DNA from: Octopus sinensis
Taxonomy: Eukaryota
Assembly: GCF_006345805.1 (NCBI RefSeq)
Contig: NC_043005.1
Coordinates: forward strand, 34,906,001-34,970,000
DNA length: 64,000 bases
Reading direction: 5' to 3'
This document shows positions 25,123-38,431 of the stretch, in pieces. Position 1 is the stretch's first letter. Every line of letters starts with the position of its first letter. The notes below the pieces were generated by a model that worked only from the letters and a program-made list of their open reading frames with translations, ran no database searches and had not been told where the DNA came from. The position numbers and the translations under genes are program-made.

Positions 25123-26414
25123 TTACACTATAAAGCACATCATATCTGTATTACAAGGAGGTAAGTAAGCAAAACCTTCAAAATTCATTTCACTTATATT
25201 TAAAAATACTGTTTTGATTAAATGGTAGGATATCAAAAGAATGTTTTGAAACTTCTTGTTCAATATACTAGTATGTTTTCAAAGGTGCTGACATATACTG
25301 CAGAACTTCCATGGATCCAGTTAGTGTATATATATAAATGTTATTGTTTATGTTCCATTAAACACATGTAGATATACCAAATTTAAGGTAAATTTTATAA
25401 AATTTCTCAAATGAAATCAATGAAATCATTTGTGTAAAGCCAACCGCAAACTGGACGTTTAACACTGGACTTACATCTCACTTTGTAACACTGACATTAC
25501 TATCATTTTCTTTTATAATAATATAAATTTTAAATGCCATTATGAGAGATTTACAAGTTAGTAACAAAGTAAATCTAAACAGCTAATAACTATTGAAAAG
25601 AATCTATGCTATTTTAAAGGCTTGAATTTTTCAATTCTCAAGCAAACAACACAACAGGAAAAGTAAACAACAATGTTTCAGAGTCCAGCTAGATTTTAAC
25701 GCATTGTAATATATTTTATTACTGAAACTATTTCTGACATGTTTCATAAATCATATGGTTTCATCTCTCTCTATACTAAATGATATGATTCTTTATCAAT
25801 TAGCTGGGACACAAAAATATATTTGCTCCTATTTTGCTGATAGTCTAGAGATTTACTGAAATTGTCACTTTAGTAAGAATAGAATGCTGCTATGGCCTGG
25901 TGCTCTGATAATCCTGCTACCCTGCACAACTGACACACATTCAGGTGTAGGAGACTAAAATACAGGTATAACAAAGACTGCACACCAAACTAGGCAGCTT
26001 TACTCACAAGAAAGTAAGCAGGACAGTTATGGACTGGCATAAGCTGGTTATCTGCTGCAGGGTAGACCTGCATAGCTATGGCTTTGACCCTCTGGCATAA
26101 GGCTTCACTTGGTAGCTGAGATCAATTAAGAGAGAAACAAACTAAGATGATTTCAAGAGCAACAACTTGGTAGTTTCGTGTAAAGGTAGATTTTTGTTTG
26201 ACAACATTACTGTTTGCTCTACCCTGGTTACATTTCACTGGAAATTCAATACCAGTGCTTCAGCATGGCCATAGCCAAGTGGCTGAAACAAGGAAAAGAG
26301 AATATTTTTTAAAATATATATATATTTTTAATATATATAAATTTGACTTCTCTTACAAATGAGAATACTAAAAATGAACTCTAATACTCTCAAAAATTAA
26401 ATAAAAGAACAAGA

Positions 26415-26606
26415 AAAATAATCCAGAATCCTTGTCCAGTACTGGATGGATCCCAAAATCTAATCAATCCATGCCAGTCATGAGGCCAAACATTCCTGAA
26501 AGTTTCAACTGAATCCACACAGCGGTTCTTGAGATATCTTGTCCACAGACAGACAGACAAACATAACTGAAACAATACCCCCCACTTTCACTAAGGCAGA
26601 GGTAAT
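26415..26606 (-). mobile_element. Helentron/DINE-1-like non-autonomous element (HINE-like)
   Basis: Minus strand attacctctgcc...gtttgtctgtctgtctgtggac...gaaactttcagga...ggattctggat: internal (GTCT)n and layout typical of such elements. Family assignment from memory. Confidence 0.5.
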
Positions 26607-27720
26607 ATAACAAACTTCTCATTTGTATATCTCCTCTCATAACTATTCTTCTTTATGTGCTCTCCTCCTCCTCCTGCCACTAAGTCTAGTATGTGCACTC
26701 ATCCCGTCTATCTCTTTATCTTTATTTCACTCTCTCTATATATATGATGTAACGTGTGACTAGAGATATCAACCAACCAAACAACATTCATATTGGCTAA
26801 TACTATATACAGATATGAAATATTTCAATCAACAACTGTCCCTCTACTTTCAAATCCTTCACAACTATACCCTACTCATTTGAGCGGGGTTTTGCCTTGT
26901 CAGTACTTGGTGACCTTGCAAATGATGGTACAATGAAAGAAGCACCCAGCACACTGTGAAGTGGTTGGTATTAAGGGCATCCAGCCATAGAAACTAAGCC
27001 AAAATAGGCTATGGAACTTGGTGTAGGCCCTAGCATTGTCAGTTCCTATCAAGTCGTCCAACCCATGCCAGCTCAGAAAACAGACATTAAATGATGATGA
27101 TGATCCAGCTGTAGAAACTATGCCTGACTGTGCTCATCACAGCCCTCTAACTTATCAGCTCCTGCCAAGCTGACCAACCAAGGCAAGCATGGAGAAAGTG
27201 ATGTAGGAACAATACTTCAAAGTTGTTTTGTAAATATGTCACATCCTTGATCATATAAGAGACTGTAATATACAAGCAGCAACAAATGCCTTTAACTTCA
27301 TGATCATATAGGTGTCAATGTATTCAGGGGAGAAAGTAATAATGACTGCAAGTGCAATCCCAAGCATGAATACTGATGTTTCACCCACATCCAGTGCATT
27401 TCAGCCATAAAGAGCCACTGATATATTTACAAGATTCTGGAATAATAGTCATCAAGGCACCACAACATATCAGCTGCAACTTATTTTCAGCGAAGTAGAC
27501 AAGAACACAAGAACAATGTGAATGAAGTGCCTTGCCAAAGACCACAACACTTCATCTAGTCTGAGAATCAAACCAACAATCTCAGTCCTAAAATCCAATG
27601 GACTAACAAGGTCAAGTGCTTTCTCTATATATTGTCTACTTTTCTGATTAACCTTATTTAGTTGATAAGTGGCTACTATTGCTGATTTTTAGCATTGTAC
27701 CCTTGAGCAAGTGTTTTTAT

Positions 27721-28183
27721 TCATCTTAGCTGTTGCCAGACATATGATCTTCCAGCAGCCATTCTCTTGACCCAGGGCAGCACTACCTCCTCCAGACACT
27801 TGATGTAGAACTCCGTGTTGAGTCTGAGGTCATGTAGGAAGAAGAATGGAGGCATAACATCACCATCATTAGTGGTCACTCCAAACACCATGATGTTGAC
27901 TGGATGTTTGATTTTTATCACTCTCGGTACATGTTTTGGGGACATGGCAAGCCAATGGTTGTTCTGTGTGTTTACTATCTGTTTGTACTGGAGCTTCAGG
28001 TGCAAATGGCAAGCACTACAGCATGTCATTTCCAAATTTCTGGCACAGTGAATTGTGTCATAGTGCTGTTTTTCTCATGCCCAACTGACCCTACAATACT
28101 GTGTAGTTGACAAAATCAAAAACAAACAATGCGCATGCGTGAAATTAAAAATATAAAATGGCAATAATTTACCCACCACACCC

Positions 28184-28185
<2 letters not shown>
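27721..28185 (-). mobile_element. Second maT/DD37D-like Tc1/mariner relic
   Basis: KHPVNIMVFGVTTNDGDVMPPFFF...YIKCLEEVVLPWVKRMAAGRSYVWQQ; terminus cagggtgtggtgggtaaatt. Confidence 0.75.
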
Positions 28186-28229
<44 letters not shown>

Positions 28230-28230
<1 letters not shown>

Positions 28231-28745
28231 CATCATCATCATCATCATTTAGCGTCCGTTTTCCATGCTAGCATGGGTTGGACGGTTTAACTGGGGTCTG
28301 TGAAGCCGGAAGGCTTCATCAGGCCCAGTCAGATTTGGCAGTGTTTCTACGGCTGGATGCCCTTCCTAACGCCAACCACTCCGCGAGTGTAGTGGGTGTT
28401 TTTTACGTGCCACCTGCACAGGTGCCAGACAGAGCTGGCACAATGGCCACGAACGGATGGTGCTTTTACGTGTCACCGGCACGGGGCCAGCCGAGGCTGG
28501 CAACGAACACGAGCGGATGGTGCTTTTACGTGCCACCGACACGGGGCCAGACAGAGCTGGCAAACGGCCACGAACGGACGGTGCTTTTACGTGTCACCGA
28601 AACAGGCTTCCTCACAGTTTCTATCTACCAAATATACTCATAAGGCATTGGTTGGTCTGGGGCTATAATAGATGACACTTACACAAGGTGCCACATATAT
28701 ATATATATATGGTTACAAAGTGAGCTTTTTAATCACACAGTCATG
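28230..28745 (-). mobile_element. Composite SINE with an internal ~60-bp tandem array
   Basis: (CAT)n-tttagcgtccgttttccatgctagc module, three full and one partial ttttacgtg(c/t)cacc units at 28400-28600, then reverse-complement head. Confidence 0.75.
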
Positions 28746-30608
28746 CCTATTTACAGATTGAAGTTTGACAATATATCCAAATATTTGTCCCAATGATATT
28801 GGCAGAAGTTTCATATACATTACAATAAATGGATATATTTTTATGAGTATCTCCATTACCATCATCTAACGTTCACTTTTCCATGTTTGCATGGGTTAGA
28901 CAGAATTTGTTCACCTATTTTCAAGCAAGGTAATATTTCCCGTATCTAGACATGCTTTCCATGGAAGATTGGAAATGAACATCACAGTGATGCTCATTTA
29001 CAGCATTCAAAGGATGTCAAAACAAGGGCACTCACAAACAGACACACACACACACACACATATATATACAGGCTTCTTTCAGTTTACTCTCTAGCAAAAC
29101 GACTCACGAGGTTTTGGTCAGCCTGAAGGCTATACTAAAAACATGTTTAAATTGCTGTGCAGTGGAATTGAACCCAAGATTTCAGGGTTAGGAAATAAGC
29201 TTCTTAACCACATAGTTACACCTGTTCCTTCTATCATCAGATTTAATATTCATTTTCCATATCATCTTTTTACAAAAGGAAATATTTATTTTTCATTTCA
29301 ACTGACCGGTTTCATTTAATTACTTTTATGCCACCTGCCACTTCACAGTAACTCTATCCAAACTTTGAATTGAAGAAGCTAAATGTCTGAAAATGCCATA
29401 CATAGTAAAATATCTTTCTGTTCCAAACAGAAAATCATATATACAAAATCACAGCAAATCCTCCAGTACTTTGAAGAAGTAAAGGGACATATTAAGAGCC
29501 CTACTAAGAATTCTCTTTCATGTTTATATCTCTAAATAATTGTTTTATAGTATTTAATATTCTTATATTCAAGACACCTTGATTGGGATTAGAATGGCAA
29601 ATAGAAATCCGATTTTGAAAAATCCCAACCTCTTAATAGCCATTAATCCAGCATAGCTTATCAATTTCTATGAGTCAATGGTTTTTCAGTCAGGGTGTCA
29701 TGACACCTTACTGTAGGCAGTAGTTAGGGGTAAAGAGAGGTTTTGAATTTAAATACCATAAAAACCCATATAATTTATGCACTTTTTTTTCGTTAAAACA
29801 AAAATAAACTTTAGTTGGTGCATAAATTACATGAGTAGATCATTTCCAGAATTGTTTTAGAAATTTTTTTTGTTGAAAAATTATGTACAAATGTAAACAT
29901 TCATACCGGAAGTTGACTAATTTGATGTCAGAATATATTTTTACAGAAAAAATATAATGAAGTTGACTTTTATTTATGCTGGACAGTATAATGCCTACTT
30001 TTTCTGCATAAATTTACTAAAACCATCAAATGGTTAAGTACTTTTTGAAGTTTCATGTTCATACTGGTAATCACGGTCCAGGCCATGTGTGTGTATATAC
30101 ATATATATATATATACACACACACACACATATATATATACATTCAATAGGAGGTTAAATTAGCCTCATTAAGGGATGGTATCATCCAATGAATTACTAGT
30201 TCAATACCTGGTATTTGTTGTGAATAATGATATTCATAAAGCAATAGGTTTATATATAAACTATAGTTTACAATCATTCAAAAGAAAGTAAGAAAATGGA
30301 AATATAGCATTTAATTAAAATCTATTAACTGCAAAAATCAAAGTCTCTTACAGCTGTTTCAGTTAATTCTAAAAGATTAAATAGCAATTATTAAGATCAC
30401 TATATTCGGCAAAATCTCTACAATGATTTTAATAACAGCTACTTAATCTTTTAGGGATAATTGAAACATATATAAAGGACGAAGCTTGATTTCTACAGAT
30501 AATAGAATTTTATTAAATGTTATGTCACCATTTTCTTACTTTCTTATATATATATGTGTATGTGTGTATATATATATATGTGTATATATATATATATTTA
30601 ATATATAT

Positions 30609-30648
<40 letters not shown>

Positions 30649-30686
30649 ACATATATATACACATACACATATATAAATGCACATAC

Positions 30687-30729
<43 letters not shown>

Positions 30730-30792
30730 TGTAAATATATATATACACACACATACATATATATATATACACACATACATATATAGATATAT

Positions 30793-30825
<33 letters not shown>

Positions 30826-30930
30826 CACACACATACATATATATATACACATAGATATGTTTCGACCAAAGATTGGTCCAAGCCATGTCTAACTTATTAG
30901 TACCACATGATGGGATTAGCTAAATCTATT

Positions 30931-32065
30931 CTAAGTCAAGTTTTGTGGTATCATGGTCCATTCATGTAGTGAGTTCTTGTTGAGCGAGTTGTATCCAGGT
31001 GGCTTATCTAGTATTCCTTGAAGAAATTTGTCCAGATTCCATTTAAAAGTAATGGGATCCTTTTCCTCATTGATCTGTTTTGGGACAATGTTAAATAGGG
31101 CAGGGCCTGTTGAGGAAAAGAAATTGTGTTTCAATAAGATTGTATGTTGTGATCCTGAATTGGGTAGAGGATGTATGGCCTGTGGTCCTAGCTTTGGATG
31201 AATTTTGAAGCTAATGTTGAGGTCATTTGGGCAATCCTGGTGGTATATACTCCACATCATGCAAATGACGTATTGCTCACGGTGGCACTGGAGGGAATAG
31301 TTTCAATGCTTTAAGGCAGTTCCAATAATTGAGATTAGTGATGCCCTTAATTCTTTCCATGAATGACCTCTGGGGTGATTTGATTTTTGAGATGTTTTGT
31401 TTTCTACGGGGAGACCACAGAGATTAGCAGTATTCAAGGTGTGGCTGTAAAAAGAGAAAAGAAACTGGACGGTTCTTTGGCTCCAGAAACTCATCCCATG
31501 AGCTATATCGACCTTATTGTTGATGTGGGCACTCCAGTAAATTTGTTATCAAAAATTACTCCAAGGTCTCTGATGTTATTACATACTATGAACGGTTCCC
31601 CTGAAGGAAGAAAGTATGGCTGTGTTAGTACAGTCTTTCTTCCAAAATGTATCAGCTCAAATTTTCCCTTGCTTACTTACATTTTGATTTTGTTAGCCCA
31701 CTGACACACAGCATGTAGATCTGATTCAAGTTCACTTCAGTCTTCTTCTTCATTAATACTTTTCTGGAGCTTAGAGTCATCAGGGAATATTTTCACTTTG
31801 CTGTGTTTTATGATGCTGGAGAGGTCTTTTTGATAAACTATAAAGAGGGACATCACTTTGCTGGGTTTGAGTGGATTCCACCAATCACAATGTGTTGTGG
31901 TCTGTTCTCCAGGAATTATCCAATCCAGTATAGAAGTTTTCCACGGATTCCAACATATGACACTTTTGACATTAGAATATTATGGTCAACTCAGTCAAAC
32001 ACTTTACCAAAGTCAAGATATATCACGTCAAACTTTAAACCTGATACCAAGGCTTTAAGGATATC
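30931..32065 (-). mobile_element. CR1/L2-group LINE ORF2 (RT plus C-terminus), degenerate
   Basis: DVIYLDFGKVFD*VDH, LFIVYQKDL, FPDDSK (YADD site), LGVIFDNK, QPHLEYC*SLWSP, GPALFNIVP...FKWNLDKFL...PGY...NSL. Confidence 0.9.
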
Positions 32066-32945
32066 ATAGATGTGGTGCATATATACATATATAAACTTTC
32101 TTGGAAATGGATATGTGGCATTCAATCACATAGTAATACAAATAATATATATATATACATATATGGGTACGGGACGTCACAAACCGTAGACAAAAAGAAA
32201 TACGAAAACAAGAGCTGATACATAAAGAAGAGAAACAAATGAAAAACTGGACAAGTAACATAAAGAAAGACCCTTCATCAGTTGTCAGCTGTCCTTCTAC
32301 TCTTCATTTCAAGCACTGAATGACAATATGAGTCTTCAAAGGCAGTGGCTCCAGCAAAAACCAAAATAAAATTTGGGATTTGCAGAGGGTCAAAGCTGAT
32401 AACAAAAACAGTACAGTGGGGACATGTAAGGAAACCATACAAAAACAAACATGGAGAGTCATTAGACCAGATGAAGTTAAAATAGCGAACGCTGGAGAAA
32501 TATTTTTTTGTGACAAGAGAAAAGATAAAAGAGAGAGACAGATAGGGTACGTGCAGACTCTACGACAGCCCTGAAGGAAACGAAAGATGATAACGTGATG
32601 AAAAGAAAGATGGATGATGGTCATGTGGGAGTAACAAGAGAGAGTAAAAGAGAAAAATGGAGAGAGACAGCGTGCTTACTATTGCATGGCAATAGTGCAA
32701 TTGAATACTAGGTATGGGTGGGGGTAAATTAGAAATTTACCGGGGATTTATTAGGCAAATAAGAAAATGGAGAGGATATACAGTCGACAAACATCAGCCA
32801 GTAAACATTCAATTCTATCTATTTATTAAATCATTACAGACATGTGTTTAAGTGATACAAGTAAATGAATGAAATCTGCCAGTAAATATGTAAACAGATA
32901 TATATATATATATAGAAATAATAATTATACATATACATATATATA

Positions 32946-32986
<41 letters not shown>

Positions 32987-33057
32987 TGAGATAGGGGTTG
33001 CAAATTCAACCCTCCATGGGATAACGAGTATATATGTAATTTGGTTTATACTTTAGA

Positions 33058-33184
33058 ATCTCCGAAGAGGCCTTAAGATATCTTTGTAAATGTCTCATTT
33101 TTGACTTCATATTGACATACTATACATGGCTAATATAGGTAAAAAGAGGCATATTTATCTGCATGGCCGAAACAGCCGTAAGAT
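33058..33184 (+). ncRNA. Type I minimal hammerhead ribozyme motif with U4C and a long stem II insert
   Basis: ATCT-CCGAAGA-GGCC...(92 nt)...GGCC-GAAA-CAGCCG-TA-AGAT. Confidence 0.7.
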
Positions 33185-33458
33185 ATAGTGTATATTTATA
33201 TTTATATCTATTTATATTTATTTATTTATATCCTCTTATAATGATTGTACCTATTGTATTGTATTACTCATTCATGTACGCTGTTTTGTTATATATTTTT
33301 ATGTTTAACCTTAACGTTCTTATGTAGTGGTTCAATAAAGTATGTGAATGGGTATTATCTGGTAGTTGATTAATGATTTAGATGTATTTCTCCATTTTCT
33401 GATTTTGTATATATATATATACATACATATATAAAAATAAACAAATAATAATACATAC

Positions 33459-33489
<31 letters not shown>

Positions 33490-33503
<14 letters not shown>

Positions 33504-33580
33504 ACATATAGTACAGATATATATATATATATATATACATATAGTACAGATATATATATATATATATATACATATAGTAC

Positions 33581-33619
<39 letters not shown>

Positions 33620-33656
33620 GTACAGATATATATATATATATATATACATATAGTAC

Positions 33657-33695
<39 letters not shown>

Positions 33696-33699
33696 GTAC

Positions 33700-33744
<45 letters not shown>

Positions 33745-33853
33745 CTGGCCTGGTGCAGCCTTCGGGCTCCCCAGACCCCAGTTGAACCGTCCAACCCATG
33801 CTAGCATGGAAAACGGACGCTAAATGATGATGATGATGATGATGATATAGTAC

Positions 33854-33892
<39 letters not shown>

Positions 33893-33920
33893 GTACAGAT
33901 ATATATATATATATATACAT
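33490..33920. repeat. Compound minisatellite [catatagtacag(at)n], interrupted by a SINE fragment at 33741-33843
   Basis: The unit atagtacaga recurs on both sides of the insertion. Confidence 0.85.
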
Positions 33921-33928
33921 AAATCTCA

Positions 33929-34555
33929 GAACAAGGTATAAACAGTAGCTGCATGACAATGTGAAGTATATTTGCCATCTAAATGTGGCTAACCATGTAC
34001 TTGTAGCCCCAGAAGAACATCTCCAACTGGCTACTGACACACTTTCTGTGCACTATGAGTATTTGCAAAGGGAAGCCATCCTTCCCATCAGTGACCTGAC
34101 ATGATATGCACGGACCTGGGTTTCTGGATATTTACCAGTCATCAGTGCATGACAATCACCGGTCTTCGATGTGAAGGGGTCCCAATGCAAATACATATAT
34201 CCTTTTTCCAGTGACAAAAAGTCACTGATCTCGAAAAAGTGTAAACAAGCAATAATAAATCTCTGAACAAGGTATAAACAGTAGCTCTCATGACAATGTG
34301 AAGTATATTTGCCACTTAAATGTGGCTAACCACTAAGGGTGGATGCTACTGTAGCTTGTAGCCCCAGGAGAACATCTTCTCCAACTGGCTATTGACACAC
34401 TTTCTGTGCCCTATCAGTATTTGGAAGGGAAGCCATCCTTCCCATCGTCGACTTGACGTGATACGCATGGACCCGGGTTTCTGAGTATTTACCTGTCATC
34501 AGTATACAACAATTACCGGTTTTCGAGGCAAAGGGGTTCCAATGCAAATATGATG
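33929..34555. repeat. Diverged tandem duplication, period ~336 bp
   Basis: gaacaaggtataaacagtagct at 33929 and 34265; shared gggaagccatccttcccatc. Confidence 0.8.
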
Positions 34556-34695
34556 GGAAGGATGTTTGTGTGTGTATATATAAATATATATACACACACA
34601 CAAACATATACACAAACAAACATATACATATATATACATACACACATATACATATATATACATACAAACATACATATATATACATGCAAACATAT

Positions 34696-34735
<40 letters not shown>

Positions 34736-34748
34736 TATATATGTATAT

Positions 34749-34980
34749 AAAATTATAAATTAGGGTATCTACGAGATACCACCATGCTGAAAATAGCAGT
34801 CATGAACTGACTCTAAAACCACCTTAATTTTCCATAAATCAACACGGAGAGAAAACAAAGAGACAATCGTTTGTTTTCTCTCTATGTTGAAATATGGAAA
34901 ATTAAGGTGGTTTTAGAGTCAGTTCATGGCTGCTATTTTCAGCATGGTGGTATCTCGTAGATACCCTAATTTATAATTTT
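34749..34980. mobile_element. Near-perfect palindrome / foldback MITE (111-bp arms, ~10-nt loop)
   Basis: aaaattataaattagggtatctacgagataccaccatgctgaaaatagcag... is mirrored to 34980 with few mismatches. Confidence 0.9.
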
Positions 34981-35065
34981 AATAATTATTACCTTTGAAG
35001 GTTATTTTTTCCATGCTAACCACTTGATAAAATTGTTATTTTATTTTAAATTAACGATCATATTC

Positions 35066-35186
<121 letters not shown>

Positions 35187-35518
35187 ATATATATATATAT
35201 ATATATGTACATACATACATATATGTATAGATATAGACATATATACATACATACACACATATCTATACATACGCACATATGTATACACACACACATATAT
35301 GTATACATACATATATATATATATGGATGAATGAATTAACCTTTGTTTACCGTAAACATGGAAAATTCAATAAACAGTTACCAGGGTAGCAAAATTCACG
35401 CAAGTAACAACGATGTACCGACCTATTCAAAGGTAGAAACTCCAGGTTAATGTGCAGTAATTTGTGTAGTATAAGTAAATAAATGGAGTTGAATGCAGAT
35501 GCTATTCAAATTCTTTTA

Positions 35519-35601
35519 CTTTCGACATATGTTTCGAAGACAACATTAGTTTTAATCCAAAGGAATAAACGGTGTAAAATGCAATCTTCTCACCAGGAAA
35601 G
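35519..35601 (-). ncRNA. Type I hammerhead motif with variant core CUGGUGA (A6G)
   Basis: Minus strand CTTTC-CTGGTGA-GAAGA...TCTTC-GAAA-CATATG-TC-GAAAG. Confidence 0.8.
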
Positions 35602-35696
35602 AAAGAGAACCTATCTCAACAACAAGACATTATAACAATTTTGATGACAGCATAAATCATAAACAGAACGCCATTGTTGTTGAGATAAGTTCCTTT

Positions 35697-35776
35697 CTTT
35701 CCTGATGAGAAGATTGCATTTTACACTGTTTATTTATTTGGAATAAAACCAATGTCTTCGAAACATATGTCGAAAG
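35697..35776 (+). ncRNA. Consensus type I minimal hammerhead ribozyme; predicted GUC cleavage after 35771
   Basis: Stem I CTTTC/GAAAG, core CTGATGA 35702-35708, stem II GAAGA/TCTTC, GAAA 35760-35763, palindromic ACATATGT stem III. Confidence 0.88.
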
Positions 35777-35814
35777 TAAAAGAATTTGAATAAAATCTGC
35801 GTTCAACCCCACTA

Positions 35815-36215
35815 TATAAATATATATATATATACACATATACATACACATGCATACACACATATATATATATACATATATATATGCGTACATACATATA
35901 TATATACATACATATATATATATATACATATATATATACATACATATATATACAAATATAAATACATATACAAATATAAATACATATACAAATATACATG
36001 CATATACAAATACACATACATATATACACACATATACATAAACATACATATATATACACATACATACACATATATATATACATATATACATATATATATA
36101 TATGTGCATACATATACATACATATATATATGTGCATACATATACATACATATATATACATACATGCATATATATATATACATATATATATACATACATG
36201 CATATATATATCTAC

Positions 36216-36248
<33 letters not shown>

Positions 36249-36292
36249 CAAATATAAATACATATACAAATATACATGCATATACAAATATG

Positions 36293-36330
<38 letters not shown>

Positions 36331-36477
36331 CAAATATACATACATATATATATATACATACATACATATACAAATATACATACATATATACATACATATA
36401 TAAATATATACATACATACACAAATATACATACATATATACATACATATATAAATATATACATACACATATATATAT

Positions 36478-36511
<34 letters not shown>

Positions 36512-36681
36512 ACATACATATATACATACATAAATATACATATATATATATACATACATATACAAATATACATAGATATATAAATATATATATACATATA
36601 TATATACATACATACATATATACATACATAAATATACATATATATATATACATACATATACAAATATACATAGATATATAA

Positions 36682-36716
<35 letters not shown>

Positions 36717-36994
36717 CACATATATATATATATACACATACATACATATATACATAAATACATACATATATATATACAGACATATATATATACAGACATA
36801 TATATATATAGACATATATATATATATATATATCATACATATATATACATATAGATTATATATATACATACATATATATATATACATACATATATATATA
36901 TACATATATATACATACATATATATATATATATATATAATATATATATATATATATACATACATATATATATATATACATACATATATATATAT

Positions 36995-37025
<31 letters not shown>

Positions 37026-37064
37026 CATACATATATATATATACATACATATATATATATATAT

Positions 37065-37104
<40 letters not shown>

Positions 37105-37227
37105 TATATATATATACATACATATACATACATATATATATATATACATACATATATATATATATTATATATATAATATACATATATATATATATACATA
37201 TATAGATACATATATATATATACATAC

Positions 37228-37270
<43 letters not shown>

Positions 37271-37570
37271 CATATATATATATACATACATATATATATA
37301 TACATACATATATATATATAATACATACATATATACATACATATATATATATATATATACATACATATATACATACATAATATATACATATATATATACA
37401 TACATATATACACATACATATATACTACATATACATATATATACATACATATATACACATACATATATACTACATATACATATATATATACATACATATA
37501 CACATACATATATATATACATACATACACACATACATATATATACACACATATATATACACACATACATA
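35815..37570. repeat. Very long compound (TA/CA/TACA)n microsatellite
   Basis: Direct reading; source of the YI-repeat ORFs. Confidence 0.97.
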
Positions 37571-37775
37571 TACTCTTTTACGTGTTTCAGTCATTTGACT
37601 GCGGCCATGCTGGAGCACCGCCTTTAGTCGAGCAAATCGACCTCGGGACTTATTCTTTGTAAGCCCAATACTTATTCTATCGGTCTCTTTTGCCGAACCG
37701 CTAAGTGACGGGGACGTAAACACACCAGCATCGGTTGTCAAGCAATGCTAGGGGGACAAACACAGACACACAATC
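37570..37775 (-). mobile_element. Young SINE 3' module inside the microsatellite
   Basis: CpG-intact copy: gactgcggccatgctggagcaccgcctttagtcgagcaaatcg... Confidence 0.8.
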
Positions 37776-37905
37776 ACACACACACATATATATATATACA
37801 CACACACATATATATATATATACACACACATATATATACATACACATGTACACATATATATACATACATATATCTACCCACATGTACATATACATATATA
37901 AATAT

Positions 37906-37958
<53 letters not shown>

Positions 37959-37965
37959 GATATAA

Positions 37966-38018
<53 letters not shown>

Positions 38019-38069
38019 TATAGATATAAATATAAATACACATATATATACATACATTATATAAATACA

Positions 38070-38100
<31 letters not shown>

Positions 38101-38400
38101 ATGTATGCACATGTTCATTAGTATTATTACGCGTATATACTTCAAGGAAAATATTCATTTTCATAAACTGTAACATGTACAGTCTGAGAAATGAAAACTC
38201 GCATGCCAACCAAAACATCTTTAGCATGAATTAAACATTTGACATTTAGCTTGTCGCACTGAAATCGTTTCGAACCAGCATAGAAATATCAATTAGCGAA
38301 TATTTCGATACACAACTTATTATAAATAGAAATTATCATGTTTATTTATCTATTTTTTTCTCAGAACAAGATTTATTCATTTTTAAGTTGATTCTCATAC

Positions 38401-38431
38401 TTCCTACATAACAACAACGGTCAAATGAGAA
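38401..38431 (-). CDS. Candidate 31-nt second exon (FSFDRCCYVG, phase 0-1)
   Basis: Acceptor ttatcatttttcgtgttccag, donor GAA|gtatga; in frame after an ATG-ended first exon. Confidence 0.4.

Noticed and set aside
25475-25574. Minus-strand exon candidate with a GTAAGT donor
   Set aside because: All three frames contain a stop with this donor.
26008-26115. 108-nt minus-strand open segment with good splice sites (LPSEALCQRV...)
   Set aside because: Phase 0-0 does not fit between the neighbouring candidate exons as chained, and the sequence looks repeat-derived; left unresolved.
28400-28600. CRISPR-like array
   Set aside because: Whole units repeat with no unique spacers, inside a eukaryotic SINE; it is a VNTR.
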